A stretch of DNA of 62,517 bases, counting the filler, from Nemertoderma westbladi (taxonomy: Eukaryota; Animalia; Xenacoelomorpha): assembly GCA_032718475.1 (NCBI GenBank). It is 4 parts of 4 records of this genome, joined end to end, with 100 filler letters (N's around TTAATTAATTAA, not from the genome) between each part and the next. Parts side by side here need not be neighbours in the genome. Positions count along the whole stretch, not along the records: positions 1 to 18,914 come from JAUCBJ010005069.1; positions 19,015 to 47,427 come from JAUCBJ010001163.1; 2 more parts are not named here. One strand, 5' to 3'. Below are positions 13,061 through 26,696 of this stretch, one piece after another. The notes beneath the pieces are model-generated. The model did no database searches and was not told the DNA's origin. It saw nothing but the letters and a program-made list of their open reading frames with translations. Positions within the stretch are counted from its first letter, which is position 1. Each line of letters opens with the position of its first letter. The translations under genes and the position numbers were made by a program.

Positions 13061-14440
13061 AATCATTATTTTTGCACAACAACACTATTTTCAATTACTG
13101 TATTTCCTGCACATCCGAAAAATTTACAGAGTTTGCACAGATGTTTGCGGATTTAATGATATTGTTGCTATCGACAAAAATAAGGTATATTTGTATTATT
13201 TCATTATATTGGTTACCTAGTGCGTAAGATGTGTTTTAATATAAAAAGAAACCATTGGAAAACGGGTAAAAGAGAGGTACTACAGTATATACTCCAAAAA
13301 ACATTCCATATTCCAAAAAAATCGATTTTTCATTTCCAATCCCCCTGGTGCATTAATTTTATGAGGATTTCAAAACTTCAGATCGTTTGTTAATAAAGCT
13401 AATGCAGACAAAAGTAATGATTGATAATGTTATTATTACTTTGACTAAGTGTCTGTGAACCCTGTTTGGTGTCTGTCTGGGATTGTGGTTCTGACAGGTT
13501 CTCTGTCAAAATAAAACAAAAGCATTCACCCATTGATTTGTCATGTTTTGTGATGGGTGATTTCCTGGTCGCTGATTAAATTCCAAACGTTAGTTTTCAC
13601 TTTTAACGAAAACTATTATGTCTCCATTTTTATCTGCTAGCTGTCTGTCTACTTAGTTAGAAGTAGAGTATTAAGTACACAAGGTTCAGACATTTCAGAA
13701 AGTGCAGAAATACTAATAATTACAGAAATAAAGCCGCTAAAAATATAAAAAAAATTAACTGTTGTAAAAGTCAGGGGCTTCCGCAGCTCTATATACAGTA
13801 TCTGGCTATATACCAGAAGGTGGGGAAAGTGACGAAACATCGCCATTTATAGCCTGACCTTATGCCAATCGGGATCGAAGCGTCTGAATGCTGATTGGCT
13901 CGTCACTGATTGGTCGGGGCTACTGGTTGGCTAAACAGTTACGTTTCAATCCTATTGCACATATGGGCTGGTGAATGACCGGCGTGTGGTAAACCAAACG
14001 TGACATATTTTTTTTCATTTTCTTTCATATTTTCAAACTTTGTTGTAATTTTTGAACAGTTAATTTTCTCAATTTGTATAATAATTAGCGTCATTTCAAT
14101 GTCACGCAGAAAAGAGGTCAGTTAACTGGTAAATGGATTCTAGATGGAACATGACAATTCCAAATTTTGTATTAACTTTTATCAAATTAACTCAAAATCA
14201 ACCAGTTAAATCCTTTTCTAAGTGACATGCCACATTTGTGCACGATTTTGGAACATGCGATTGTTTCTGATATTTTATTTTGAAAAATTTATTATATTTA
14301 TTTTACTGAATTGGTGTTTAACTGGAGTCAAACCTCGTACATTTTGTAACAAACTCTATGAAGAATGATATAAAGTGCTCCTTCTTACAAAATGATGTTT
14401 GTAGCTTACCGGATACCGGGATTAATAATATCATGAAGTG

Positions 14441-14573
14441 AATAAAAACTGAATAATCACTGCTCCCTTCCCTTACCAGAAGCGAATTAACCTGTATAAT
14501 TACCGAGGCCGCAGTTATTATATTAGGTTAGTTTGCTGAAGGATAAGGCAGAGGTGATTATTACAGTTTTATT
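14441..14573. mobile_element. Short hairpin MITE
   Basis: AATAAAAACTGAATAATCAC...TAACCTGTATAAT is mirrored by ATTATATTAGGTTA...GTGATTATTACAGTTTTATT. Confidence 0.5.
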
Positions 14574-15119
14574 CGCTGAAGGTTTATATTTCCGTATACT
14601 AACTCTAGATCATTGCAATATTGTGTTTATTGTTCATTTGGGCATTTTAAAAGTATACTGACATAGTGTACAGTATGTATGCATTATTGGGTGACGTCCT
14701 GGCCATGGCCATGTATGCTATTGGCACCTTCCCATGGTCAAGAAATTGGGGGAATTCCTCAAATCCTCAGATTTGACTCCAGCTGCCCTAATAGAAGAAT
14801 GCCACCAGTACACCTACACAGTGTTCTTCGATACCACCGGAATCCTCCAGAAATGTCACTTTGGAGGCTTACCAAGCAACAGCCCACATCAGTACTCACA
14901 CGCATAGTCCAATGTCTATAAGCTGCAATCAGGCTTCTCCATTAAAAAATGTAGATGACAACGGCGACCAACAAGCCGATACATGGGCCGATGTAATTGA
15001 CACCTCACACCCAGTACTTCTAGAAACTAAGCCAGACGACACGCAGAAGCCTTCATTAGATCTACATGAATCTCCTCGCAACCCCACAGTAAACGATCAT
15101 CATGAAAAATCAAGATCTA

Positions 15120-16160
15120 TTCAAAAATGGTATGCAGATGACGCGAGTGTCGGAGGTAGACTGAACACTCTTTTGCTTTACTGGCAATTGGTCTGTCAAA
15201 TCGGCCCTGGCTATGGCTACTACCCGAATGCTGTGAAGACAAAGCTTATAGTAAAGGGAGACTTAAATACTGAATCACTTTACTTGTTTGCCTCTACAGG
15301 TGTTGAGATCGTCAATGGCCATAGGGTTCTGGGGTCAGTCATTTGGAGTGATCTAGCATGTATAGAAATCATAACTAAGAAAGTGGAAGAACTTTCCGAT
15401 GAACTTTCATGCCTAACAAATTTCGTAAAATCGGCACCTCATCCATCATACAGCTGCTTTATTTTCGGTTTCCAATATAAGTTGAACTTCCTTGCCAGAA
15501 CAACACCACACTTTACCGATGCCCTCGAACCCTATGAACAAACACCTTATCATTTTATCCCACCACAAGTTTATCCCACTGGTAGGTATCCTCCAGGCGA
15601 TGTGGAAAGACAACTGTTAGCTCTGCCAACCCGAGAGGGAGGCCTGGCAATTCTCCAGCCCTCTGATCTATTACAATGCTATAGTAATTCTATGACGATC
15701 TGTGAACCACTAGAACAGCTTGATCTAGGGCCAGGCGTAAGAAGCGCAATGTCTGAAACTATCACCAAGGTGAAGACTGCTGACCTCTGCGCGCTTAAGA
15801 CAAAATGTGATATCCTCCACAACTTCCTACGCCCGGATGCCCAATATCATCGCAACTTGGCAAAGGAAAAAGGTGCATCGGCTTGGCTGAGCGTCCTCCT
15901 ACCCATATCGAACAACAGGCTTTCCCTACACAAATCCGCATTTCGGGATGCCCTTTGCTTACGATACGGGTGGGCCCCAGCAAAACTTCCCACAACTTGT
16001 GTCTGTGGTGCTTCCTTCACTGTGTCTCATTCGCTACCCTGCCCCACAGGTGGATTTCCAAACTTGAGACACAACGAGATACGAGATCTGCTAGCTGAAA
16101 TCCTCTCGGAAATTTCTAAAGATGTTGAGTTGGAACCACATCTTCAGAAAGTGGAACAGG
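15120..16160 (+). mobile_element. CRE-clade (RLE-type) non-LTR retrotransposon fragment: RT C-terminus plus zinc knuckle, truncated at both ends
   Basis: WYADD, GYYPNAVKT, REGGLAI, EKGASAWL, FRDALCLRYGW, CxCG...H..C and RHNEIRD within ORF 14861..16222. Confidence 0.85.
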
Positions 16161-16204
16161 AACTAAATACAACAAACATATACAATTTTTTCAATTTTTT
16201 TCTC

Positions 16205-16400
16205 GTTCCCATCATGGCGTAGTGGTTAAATCCGTTGCATTGAATTCACATCTCTCCAGAGATCGTGGGTTCGGTCCCTGCAAGGGTTCGAGTTTCCCCT
16301 TCCGAGTTTCGTTTGGACATGAAGAATGCTTTTGAGAGACTAACCAAGGTGTGAATCTCTAACTTGCAGCCTTAAATGGTCGCTAAATGAGTGTTTTTAG
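16205..16400 (+). mobile_element. tRNA-derived SINE-like element
   Basis: A-box TGGCGTAGTGGT (~16215) and B-box-like GGTTCGGTCCC (~16268). No convincing cloverleaf. 3' end approximate. Confidence 0.55.
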
Positions 16401-17724
16401 AGTTTTTGCGCAGGATAAACAGGCATAATGAAGAAGCTAGTTATTATACTGTATGTAATATATTTTAGCGTTTGCGTTATTGTTAGGCCTACTGTAATAG
16501 GCAGAAGAAACATAGAAAGATCCTGCGACCTGTGGTTTTCGTCTGTCGGATAGAATTTACATATAGCACATTTTTTAAATGACTACATCATTTTGTGCAA
16601 CACAGCCAACACTTATTCAACCTCTACCAATCCACCTGCATTGGTGCAAAAATTTATTTTAAGGATCGCATATTATATTCCCACATCCACTGCACTCTCT
16701 ATGCCGAAACTTTAAAACACTATGAATAGAAGTTATTCAATTCAATCGTTACGACTTGGCCCTCAGCCATCACGACCTCCAAGAATCAAGTCAAGAAACA
16801 CCAAAAAGGCCTTGCCCTTTGTGGCAGTCCATTAATTATAATCTCGCTGGCGGAAAGCGAAAGAATCGAAGGAATGGGAAGCAAATTTATGGGCCGTGGT
16901 TTTTTCTATGTTTTGTACGGGGTACCGGTAAATTGGACCATGGTTGGGCCCGAATATTGTTACCATTAAATAGGCCTACAGGCCTAACGCGTCATGAAAA
17001 ACAAATATAGTCAACTAACTACATTCCAGGACTCCATAACGATAACTAGAACCGTGTCACAAAGATCACGTACGCAATTATGCTATGAGCCATGGCATTC
17101 ATAGTTGATGCATTCTTAACCAGCAACAATGGCCTTGATATCAGCCAAGCCTTAGCTTATCTGTGCATTGCCCAGCATAGAAGGACCAATGGTATCTCTC
17201 CATAATAATTTTCCAACAGCCTTCTTGCATAACAAACGTCACCCAATCCAACCAATAGAATTACTTTATTGAATTTGAACTGTAAGGTACATCCATGGAA
17301 CTACAGTAGTACAGTTTTATAATATCCCCCTGCCTGCATAGTAATTATTGTATCTATGATATTTTTATCTTTCATTAATTATTCTGAGTTTTATTATAAA
17401 TTATAGTTTCTTTATTGTGTTTCATGAAATAAACTTCCAGATGGCGGGTATGTGTGTTTATGATGTATGTGAGTATGTGACTTCAACTGACACTACCTGC
17501 TATAGTTTTTTTTCTTCGTATCGTTTGGTCATTTGTGCTGTTCATGAAGACCTCAACCTTCACACTTTTGTTTTCCTTTATATATAGTTATCTTGATGTA
17601 CATTATATACGTACTGGTAATTGTTTATTCCCATTTGCAGATAAATACAGTAGAACTACCAACTTAGCACTCGTAATACCAGTTTTATCTCATTTTTCAT
17701 AACCTGTACAGTACCCGTACAGTA

Positions 17725-18100
17725 CATGTGAAGAATACCATATTTTATGCTGTTAAATTTCACTTTTCCGTTTACCCTCAAGTAAAGAATATTAGGTTTT
17801 CACTAAAAACCCAGTTACAGAATGGCTGAATCTAACCAAAACAATAAACAAATAAGTATCACTACAGGTTATAATGTAGAGAAATAAGCGCTATAAAACA
17901 CTTAATAAGGAAAATTAAAAAATCCAAATTATTCATACTGTATATAAATTTTCCATCAAATTCCGACCTCAAAGTGAAAACCTGGTTCCTTCACATTATC
18001 ACATTATCACATGCGACAGAAACCAATTAGTTTATTGTTTTGGTTAGATTAAGCTCTTCTGCAATGTGGGTTTTTAGTGAAAACCTGGTATCCTTCACAT
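17725..18100. mobile_element. MITE with inverted arms built from the dispersed TTTATTGTTTTGGTTAG family
   Basis: AGGTTTTCACTAAAAACCCA...CTAACCAAAACAATAAAC is mirrored at 18030-18100. A related arm lies at 19340-19432. Confidence 0.6.
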
Positions 18101-18351
18101 GGCATGGGGTAAGCTAAATAACAGCAAAATGTTATAAGCTTCATTCATATAAGACATGCCACATCTATTGCTTTAGGGCTAATAATATTGTTTATTGCAC
18201 TTTCGAGAGGCCTACATACCCAAACCAATAAACCAATATTCCTAAAAGTAAAGTATTACCATTAAATATTATTGAATATTTAGCTATTTGATTTAATATT
18301 GAATGGGCTGATGGGGTAATTCAATAATATACTATTTGTGTTTCGGCCACT

Positions 18352-18565
18352 ATGACATATACCATATTTCTCATACTCTTCACTATGGAGATATTATTAG
18401 TAAGTTCGCAAGGCTTTGAGACCGAACAACGCAACCCTAGAGAACCAGGCACGGCCGTGGTCTGTGGCTGGAATGACACATTGTCTGCCCTTTACGCGGA
18501 AACTCATGGAGATAAATACGGTTACTTTGTTTGCGACCCTGACAAACATTTAACAGAAAATCAAT
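18352..18565 (+). CDS. First exon of a small secreted or single-pass membrane protein (possibly Shisa-like)
   Basis: ATG followed by a hydrophobic signal peptide (MTYTIFLILFTMEILLVSS) and the Cys motif CGWND...GYFVCDPD. Donor T|GTAAGT at 18565/18566 (phase 1). Confidence 0.6.
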
Positions 18566-18914
18566 GTAAGTTGAAAAGACGTAAATAAAACTTTAAAAGG
18601 TTGTTCCTTGTGTCACCACAGTGGTGTAATATATAAACATAGGCCTACTAATTGTTATGCAAAATTAAAATGAAAAAAATTCGTTGTTCTCTGGGCTCAC
18701 ATATTTTCGTTACCGGTAAGTTACATCCATCCGCATAGCTGGGATTTGAGGTGGTAAAGCCCTACTACTAGGATCGGCATGCTGCATTGCAGCTGCATTT
18801 TTAAGAATGCTGGTAAAGCCCCCCCCCCCCCCCGGCCATCTGGTACACCAGATTGTTCCACGCTACTTGCCACTTCATAATTCGCTCACATCGCCTCGTT
18901 GCCCTCTTCCGCCG

Positions 18915-19014
18915 NNNNNNNNNNNNNNNNNNNNNNNNNNNNNNNNNNNNNNNNNNNNTTAATTAATTAANNNNNNNNNNNNNNNNNNNNNNNNNNNNNN
19001 NNNNNNNNNNNNNN
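18915..19014. other. Scaffold gap with artificial TTAATTAATTAA linker
   Basis: 100-nt N block containing a six-frame stop linker. Confidence 0.99.
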
Positions 19015-19515
19015 TATCAAATAATATTAAATTTTGATTTAGAGGTGTTTTTATTTCAAACGCTCTAGTAAAGCTTATATTTTTCAAATTGTTGTTGCAA
19101 TATTTGATTTTAGAAATATTTCTAAACAAGTTTAAAAAATTTAGAAATCACTATTTTTATTTATAAATTTCACTAACATATTTAGAAAAAAAAACCCTGT
19201 GCTGATGTTCTGCATACATGTCAGCCCACACTGGGGTGGTCTTCCTATTGATATAACTTAGGCCAGCAACCACTAATTCCATTTTCTATTTATTTTATTT
19301 CTCCTTGTTAAGTATTTTATAGCGCATATTTCTATGTTATAACCTATAAAGATACTAATTAGTTTATTGTTTTGGTTAGATTCAGTCCTTCTGTAACCTC
19401 GGTTTTTGGTATAAACCTGGCATACTTCACACAGGCCAACTTTAAGGTTAATATGTTTGACATGTTTTACATTGTAAATATATAAGTAAATTAATAAGTA
19501 AATTTTATATTACAG

Positions 19516-19650
19516 AGATTCCGACGCTTAAAACGTCCGGAGAGCGGATTTCTTGACAGAATCGACAATGAATTGAACAAACAATGGAGGCGAGAAAAAT
19601 TATCGAAGTCAACAAAAACATCGCAGCCAAAAACAAGAACTGCACGTTAA
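19516..19650 (+). CDS. Probable terminal exon of the same small gene (basic tail RFRRLKRPESGFLDRID...TRTAR*)
   Basis: Acceptor TTTTATATTACAG at 19515, a 44-codon open frame ending in TAA, less AT-rich than the flanks, and AATAAA at ~19726. The phase mismatch with the first exon implies missing exon(s) in the gap. Confidence 0.5.
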   Translation, partial: RFRRLKRPESGFLDRIDNELNKQWRREKLSKSTKTSQPKTRTAR

Positions 19651-20344
19651 CAGACTGAGAGAATTATAAAGGAATATTCGAACTTAAGTTTTTTAATTAT
19701 ATTATTTATTATAAATATTAAATAGAATAAAATTTACACAAAAATAAATATTTTTATACAAGATAGATATTTTTAAATAAGGCATTTATCACTGTTAGTT
19801 GTTTGGGGCTGTTTACATAGCGTAATGTATCCTACGTAATAATATTGAACTATTTAACACTATTTTCAGATAAATGGGTTGAAATTATTATATACAATTT
19901 ATTAATGTAAACAAACATTGGGAACACCAAAATAATACCTGAAAACACTTAAAAATAAAATAGACCATAAAGTATTTAGGGCAACACAAAGAAGCATGTA
20001 ACGGTTCATAAAGATATGTCTGTACCCAATTCCTATATTATATAATTTAAATTATTAATATTATATTGATAATTCAAAAGTGCCAAGGCTAACTAATATG
20101 CCTTTCTATGTATAAATTCATATTATATTATACAGTTTTTTATTAATGTCAAATAAATCTGGCATTGTCTTCCTCATAAGACGTCGTATTGTATTTGACA
20201 TGTTAAATATAAATCGAGGGATTGTAAAGGGTCGGGAAAAAATGTATCGCGTTGAAATTCAAAAAATAGTCTAAAAAATGTGCCGGGCAAATATCGAAAA
20301 AAATGTTAAAACATCCATGAAAAAAATATATCCAATATAATTAA

Positions 20345-20610
20345 AATAAAATACATAAAACCAAGTTATAGGTGAATGAAAAACATGAAACACTGGGTCA
20401 GCCCGAAGGCGCCTTCTCTCTCTTGGCTGTTACCAGCAGAGGGCGCCACACTAACTTCCAAGGGAGAACACTGCGTATTCCACACAGGAGAAATCAGTTC
20501 ACCTATTGTTTAGATCGACGCGTCTGTAACGGAATAGTAAGTGGATAGACGCGGGATCGAACTCGGAACTTCCCAGCTAGAAGAATAATGATTGACCACG
20601 ACACCATCTA
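20345..20610 (-). mobile_element. tRNA-derived SINE-like element
   Basis: Minus-strand A-box TGGTGTCGTGGT and B-box GAGTTCGATCCC, followed by a GC-richer body and a T-rich tail. Confidence 0.5.
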
Positions 20611-20676
20611 GCGATAATCGAGACATTAACAATATAAAATTACAGGCCATTATACCGGATACTATAATTAATTAAG

Positions 20677-21253
20677 TTACAAGACATCCCTGACTGTATC
20701 GTTATTGTATTTGGAGAAGCACCATAACTGCTTGGGATCGGAAATTGCACACGGTTCCACGGTAACTGAAGTCCCCCCAGTGGAGGCCGTAAGACAAACC
20801 CCGGAGAGATAGGCGGATATAGACCCGCACGAACGTTTGTGAACGATCCGCTGATTGCCGCCGGCGCCGTGGCACGCCATTAAAGTGACGTCACTTCCGG
20901 CGGCATGCTCAGCCACGTCCGCGCATTTACCACCCCGACTCAGTTTCAACTCGTCCCTAAACGATAGTTCGAACGTTTGCTTGCTCTTAACGGTTTCTCT
21001 CTCCAGAGGATGTTGGTAGTCCTCCGCACAGACCCCTAACGATAGTTTGTTGGTGCGCGCCTCCAGACAGAGTCTCCCGGCCGCTGTGATTGGTCCGTTA
21101 CGTACAAACCCGGAAGCCAGAGGAACTGGTTCCACCGGCGGGTATTTCTTCAGTATGTCGTAGGCGACCTTCTCCATGTACCATTGGAAGGATTTACAGT
21201 TTAACCGTTTTCGCAGCGCAACCATATCCGAGATATCGCCGTAATCCAAACCC
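20677..21253 (-). CDS. GALNT10: Polypeptide N-acetylgalactosaminyltransferase, exon 6 (linker plus ricin-B lectin domain, stop)
   Basis: DYGDIS..ALRKRLNCKSFQWY and CHGAGGNQR. Acceptor TTTCCAG| at 21254, phase 2, matching exon 5. Confidence 0.92.
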
Positions 21254-22122
21254 CTGGAAATGCGGTAGAATATTTAGATTAATAATTATTGTCAAATAAA
21301 AATAATAATTAGAGTATTAAAAAATGATGAATTAAATCTAATCTACTAAAATTTTAAAAAGTGTAAAAAAAGTTTAAACTTATCAAACTGTAAGAGTGTG
21401 AAAGTCATTAATTATATAATACTGTGTATGAATGACAAAGTCAACTGGGTTGTTGACTTTAACGTTAGGGACCCAGCTTTAATTCATTGTTTCTCTACGA
21501 TTGCGAAATATGGAATCCCGGTCCCGATCCCGACTTTTTTAGACCGCGATCCCGAAGTATAAATAGTGAAGTTGAATATCTTACAAATATTTCCAGCAGA
21601 ACGGAAATGTTCTGATTATATATAATTTTTATGTCAGTAAACCATACAGTAATCAATTATTGTGAGTGAGTGAGTGTGTAAGATATAAAGTGAGTTTTGG
21701 CCAAAACCCGCCACATACGATTAACTTTAAGGAATTTAATCCAAAATTGCAATCCCGTTCCCGAAAAACGGGATCCCGAGAGTGATAATCCCGGTCCCAA
21801 TCCCGAAAAGTCTGATCCCGTTGAAACATTAGCAAGACGCAATCAAAATTTGGACGCAACTGTGCGTAATTTACAGCGGATGATTTGAACTTGCGCCGAC
21901 AATTACTAAGGTGAAATAAGTTCAGACGTTATATCCACTCCTACACTGCCGTCAGTGATCCGGTGAGAACTTTAGCGTCAGACGGGTAATAATTTTTATA
22001 TCCAAACTCTTTGGGATTAATTAAACATTAATAATTAACTAAATTAATACTTTTGGACACTCTGGAGAGTGTTTAGATATCTTTTATACAATATTTATAA
22101 TAATAATTAATAAAGAACGTAC

Positions 22123-22307
22123 TTTAGATGGGGTTTCCTTTTATAGAAATAGTTTTTGTACTGATCCATCCATACTTCCGCTACCCGGACGTGGTTTCTA
22201 TCTATAGTTATTGCTCCACCCGGAACGGTGTACGGCATGTAATTCCGGTATATATGGCCAACGCGACTGCACGGCACTTCGTACATAACGCCGCCGCATT
22301 GCCAAGT
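22123..22307 (-). CDS. GALNT10: GALNT exon 5 (absent from the ORF track)
   Basis: Translates as TWQCGGVMYEVPCSRVGHIYR...RVAEVWMDQYK. Acceptor TTTCAG| and donor AA|GTACGT. Confidence 0.93.
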
Positions 22308-22644
22308 CTGAAATATAAATCAATTGCGAAATTTATGCAGCTAATAAAATTATCAACTACTTTTATTATCTTATTATTTTAGCACATCGAAAACAAATCG
22401 CGAATTATTTTTCGCGTCGTGCCCGAATAGTTTGCGAAGCGGCCGTTAGCAGAGAGATCGAGGGGTAAAAGGGGAAAATGCTGCCTTCTTTTCAACTAAT
22501 AGGAAATAATTTTCCATTATTCTCCATTATTTTCTCTCTTCTATTATTTTTAGAAACTCCGGTCCACTGAACCTCCACGGACTCCTTCCACCATACTTAT
22601 GGTGGAAGGTGTATGTATGTATCTGACATATATATATTGACCAA

Positions 22645-25600
22645 TGCCAACCATATTGGCCAATGCCAACCATATTGACAAATGTCCCCTACGTGATTTG
22701 GGACATATTGATATGGTATAGGAAGGAATTTACATGGAAACGATTATTATAAATTTTGATATTTATTTTCCAATTAAAAACAAATCATAAAATTCTTCAA
22801 ACAATTCCTCCGTACTAGAATTTAAATCCAGTTGATCATCCTTCCTCCTTCCCACCGCCTACTCCTGTTCCATTCCCAACTTCCATCCCACTGCCAACTC
22901 CTGTTCCATTCCCTACTTCCATCCCACTGCCAACTCCTGTTCCATTCCCTACTTCCATCCCACTCTCAACTACTGTCCCAATCTCAAAACCCTTTCCACA
23001 AATAGTTTATTTGGTCTGTTGTCAATTAAGGGGAAGGAGCAGGTTACAGTTTATCTGTGACTGGTAAGCCCCCAACCATTAATTAAATGTAAGTAATTAG
23101 TTGTTTAGACCAACACAATGTCAAGTATGGGACATCCGGTCACGTTATGGGACATAGCAGTTTTTTCAACCTGGCTAAATAAATGTTTACTTAGCAGTCT
23201 CACTGATACAACCCATACATGGCAAAACTATCTGAGAAATGGATGTGGTGATCTAAATCTTTATAAGTTCGCGTTTTCTGATAGAATACCTCCGTTAAGT
23301 ATGGGACACTTTTTTGGACCATTTTGGAGACGGTCACGCAATATATTATTCATATGAACTGCTAAACCACCAAAAATTGGCAATCTAAATCAATCTATAT
23401 CATTAAATTAATCATTTACCGAGTGTCACGTATGTGACAAAAAATCGGACCACGTTAATAGTTTTTGTATTTCTGATATCTCAAATTTACTAGGAAGCTA
23501 TTTTTATTTGTTCACAGGAATTATACTCTGCAGGGATATTAATCGTTTATTTGTTCACAGGAATTATACTCAGCAGTGATATTAATCGTTTATTTGTTCA
23601 CAGGAATTATACTCAGCAGGGATATTAATCGTTTATTTGTTCACAGGAATTATACTCAGCAGGGATATTAATCGTTTATTTGTTCACAGGAATTATACTC
23701 AGCAGGGATATTAATCGTTTATTTGTTCACAGGAATTATACTCAGCAGTGATATTAATCGTTTATTTGTTCACAGGAATTACACTCAGCAGGAATATTAA
23801 TCGTTTATTTGTTCACAGGAATTATACTCAGCAGGAATATTAATCGTTTATTTGTTCACAGGAATTATACTCAGCAGGAATATTAATCGTTTATTTGTTC
23901 ACAGGAATTATACTCAGCAGGAATATTAATCGTTTATTTGTTCACAGGAATTATACTCAGCAGTGATATTAATCGTTTATTTGTTCACAGGAATTATACT
24001 CAGCAGGAATATTAATCGTTTATTTGTTCACAGGAATTATACTCAGCAGGAATATTAATCGTTTATTTGTTCACAGGAATTATACTCAGCAGGAATATTA
24101 ATCGTTTATTTGTTCACAGGAATTATACTCAGCAGGAATATTAATCGTTTATTTGTTCACAGGAATTATACTCTGCAGGGATATTAATCGTTTATTTGTT
24201 CACAGGAATTATACTCAGCAGTGATATTAATCGTTTATTTGTTCACAGGAATTATACTCAGCAGGAATATTAATCGTTTATTTGTTCACAGGAATTATAC
24301 TCAGCAGTGATATTAATCGTTTATTTGTTCACAGGAATTACACTCAGCAGGAATATTAATCGTTTATTTGTTCACAGGAATTATACTCAGCAGGAATATT
24401 AATCGTTTATTTGTTCACAGGAATTATACTCAGCAGTGATATTAATCGTTTATTTGTTCACAGGAATTACACTCAGCAGGGATATTAATTGTTTATTTGT
24501 TCACAGGAATTATACTCAGCAGGGATATTAATAGTTTATTTGTTCACAGGAATTATACTCAGCAGTGATATTAATCGTTTATTTGTTCACAGGAATTATA
24601 CTCAGCAGGAATATTAATCGTTTATTTGTTCACAGGAATTATACTCAGCAGTGATATTAATCGTTTATTTGTTCACAGGAATTACACTCAGCAGGAATAT
24701 TAATCGTTTATTTGTTCACAGGAATTATACTCAGCAGGAATATTAATCGTTTATTTGTTCACAGGAATTATACTCAGCAGGAATATTAATCGTTTATTTG
24801 TTCACAGGAATTATACTCAGCAGTGATATTAATCGCTTATTTGTTCACAGGAATTATACTCAGCAGGAATATTAATCGTTTATTTGTTCACAGGAATTAT
24901 ACTCAGCAGGGATATTAATCGTTTATTTGTTCACAGGAATTATACTCAGCAGGGATATTAATCGTTTATTTGTTCACAGGAATTATACTCAGCAGGGATA
25001 TTAATCGTTTATTTGTTCACAGGAATTACACTCAGCAGGAATATTAATCGTTTATTTGTTCACAGGAATTATACTCAGCAGGAATATTAATCGTTTATTT
25101 GTTCACAGGAATTATACTCAGCAGGAATATTAATCGTTTATTTGTTCACAGGAATTATACTCAGCAGTGATATTAATCGCTTATTTGTTCACAGGAATTA
25201 TACTCAGCAGGAATATTAATCGTTTATTTGTTCACAGGAATTATACTCAGCAGGGATATTAATCGTTTATTTGTTCACAGGAATTATACTCAGCAGGGAT
25301 ATTAATCGTTTATTTGTTCACAGGAATTATACTCAGCAGGGATATTAATCGTTTATTTGTTCACAGGAATTATACTCAGCAGGAATATTAATCGTTTATT
25401 TGTTCACAGGAATTATACTCAGCAGGAATATTAATCGTTTATTTGTTCACAGGAATTATACTCAGCAGGGATATTAATCGTTTATTTGTTCACAGGAATT
25501 ATACTCAGCAGGGATATTAATCGTTTATTTGTTCACAGGAATTATACTCAGCAGGGATATTAATCGTTTATTTGTTCACAGGAATTATACTCAGCAGGGA

Positions 25601-26015
25601 TATTAATCGTTTATTTGTTCACAGGAATTATACTCAGCAGGAATATTAATCGTTTATTTGTTCACAGGAATTATACTCAGCAGGAATATTAATCGTTTAT
25701 TTGTTCACAGGAATTATACTCAGCAGGGATATTAATCGTTTGGCACCTGAATTGTACAATATTAATGGCCAAAATGAGCCCGTAATCACAATCATAAAAT
25801 TTGAAATTTGTCCCGTAAGTGACGATTTTATTTTTTAATTCATTGTAGCTTTTTATATAACAAACTGTGGTTGGAGTCTATCACAGCGCAGGAGGGGACC
25901 GACTATAGTGTATCTGGCGATCAAATTATCAAAGCCAACCGACCATTCATTTTCGAATGATTTACATTTTTGCATATTTTTTGTCCCGTACGTGACTTGG
26001 TCAATATGGTTGGCA
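22645..26015. mobile_element. Non-autonomous TIR element carrying a 43-bp satellite, in GALNT intron 4
   Basis: 19-bp TIR TGCCAACCATATTG(G/A)CCAA at 22645, tandemly repeated, and inverted at 25997-26015. (TA)n on both flanks. GTCACGTA..GGACA subterminal motifs in opposite orientations. Confidence 0.7.
23503..25741. repeat. 43-bp tandem satellite, about 52 copies (GTTTATTTGTTCACAGGAATTATACTCAGCAGG[G/A]ATATTAATC)
   Basis: Very homogeneous 43-bp periodicity. Confidence 0.98.
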
Positions 26016-26333
26016 TATATATATATACCCGTGTATATAGGTAACCAGGATTACTCTCGCGTCGTTAACCATTGGGTTGCGATTTGCAAAGTTATTGACA
26101 CCAGAAAAACCTTGCTGAGATATTGCTGTGACAGACAGACAGAGAGCCAGATACAGACAGACGGACATACACACAGATAAAGAGATCTAGAGAGACATTC
26201 AGAGATACGGACATAAGTACAGACATACAGCCATACAAACAGATAGTCAGACAGAAACCAGAGCAGAATGTCTCTAATAACAGATTGTTTTTAGAGACAG
26301 TTTAGTGGAAAAACCGTAACAGACTTAACCAAC

Positions 26334-26541
26334 CTTGAATGATAATTCGTACTGCTCGCCTCCCCATATATTGAGTCCTTTATCATAGCCACCCAGCATG
26401 CTAAACCAGTCCCGGTCTATAGCAAACAGTCCGCCCGCCAGTACTGGCGTGTAAATAGGGTCAGCCGAGTCTCCACGACGACGATTCTCTTCTTCGGTGA
26501 TTGGCAGACGTTTATATAATAACTCCCAGTTAAACGCACCT
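26334..26541 (-). CDS. GALNT10: GALNT exon 4
   Basis: [30 protein letters not shown] and [14 protein letters not shown]. Phases match exons 3 and 5. Confidence 0.94.
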
Positions 26542-26696
26542 CTAAAATACATGTAATCCATGTTGGATGAACATATACTACGTGGAAACTAATTCGAGGC
26601 TCGCCCCTTTCGGAGCCAGAAACTATGTGTCTTTAACATAAATTTAATATTTCACAGCCAATAATGATCACCAGAATACAAGAAGGTAGAGTTTAA

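Noticed and set aside
13860-13935. Cluster of CCAAT/ATTGG boxes
   Set aside because: No linked gene start nearby, and it could be internal TE sequence.
16205-16290. tRNA gene
   Set aside because: A and B boxes are present but I could not form acceptor and anticodon stems. A SINE head fits better.
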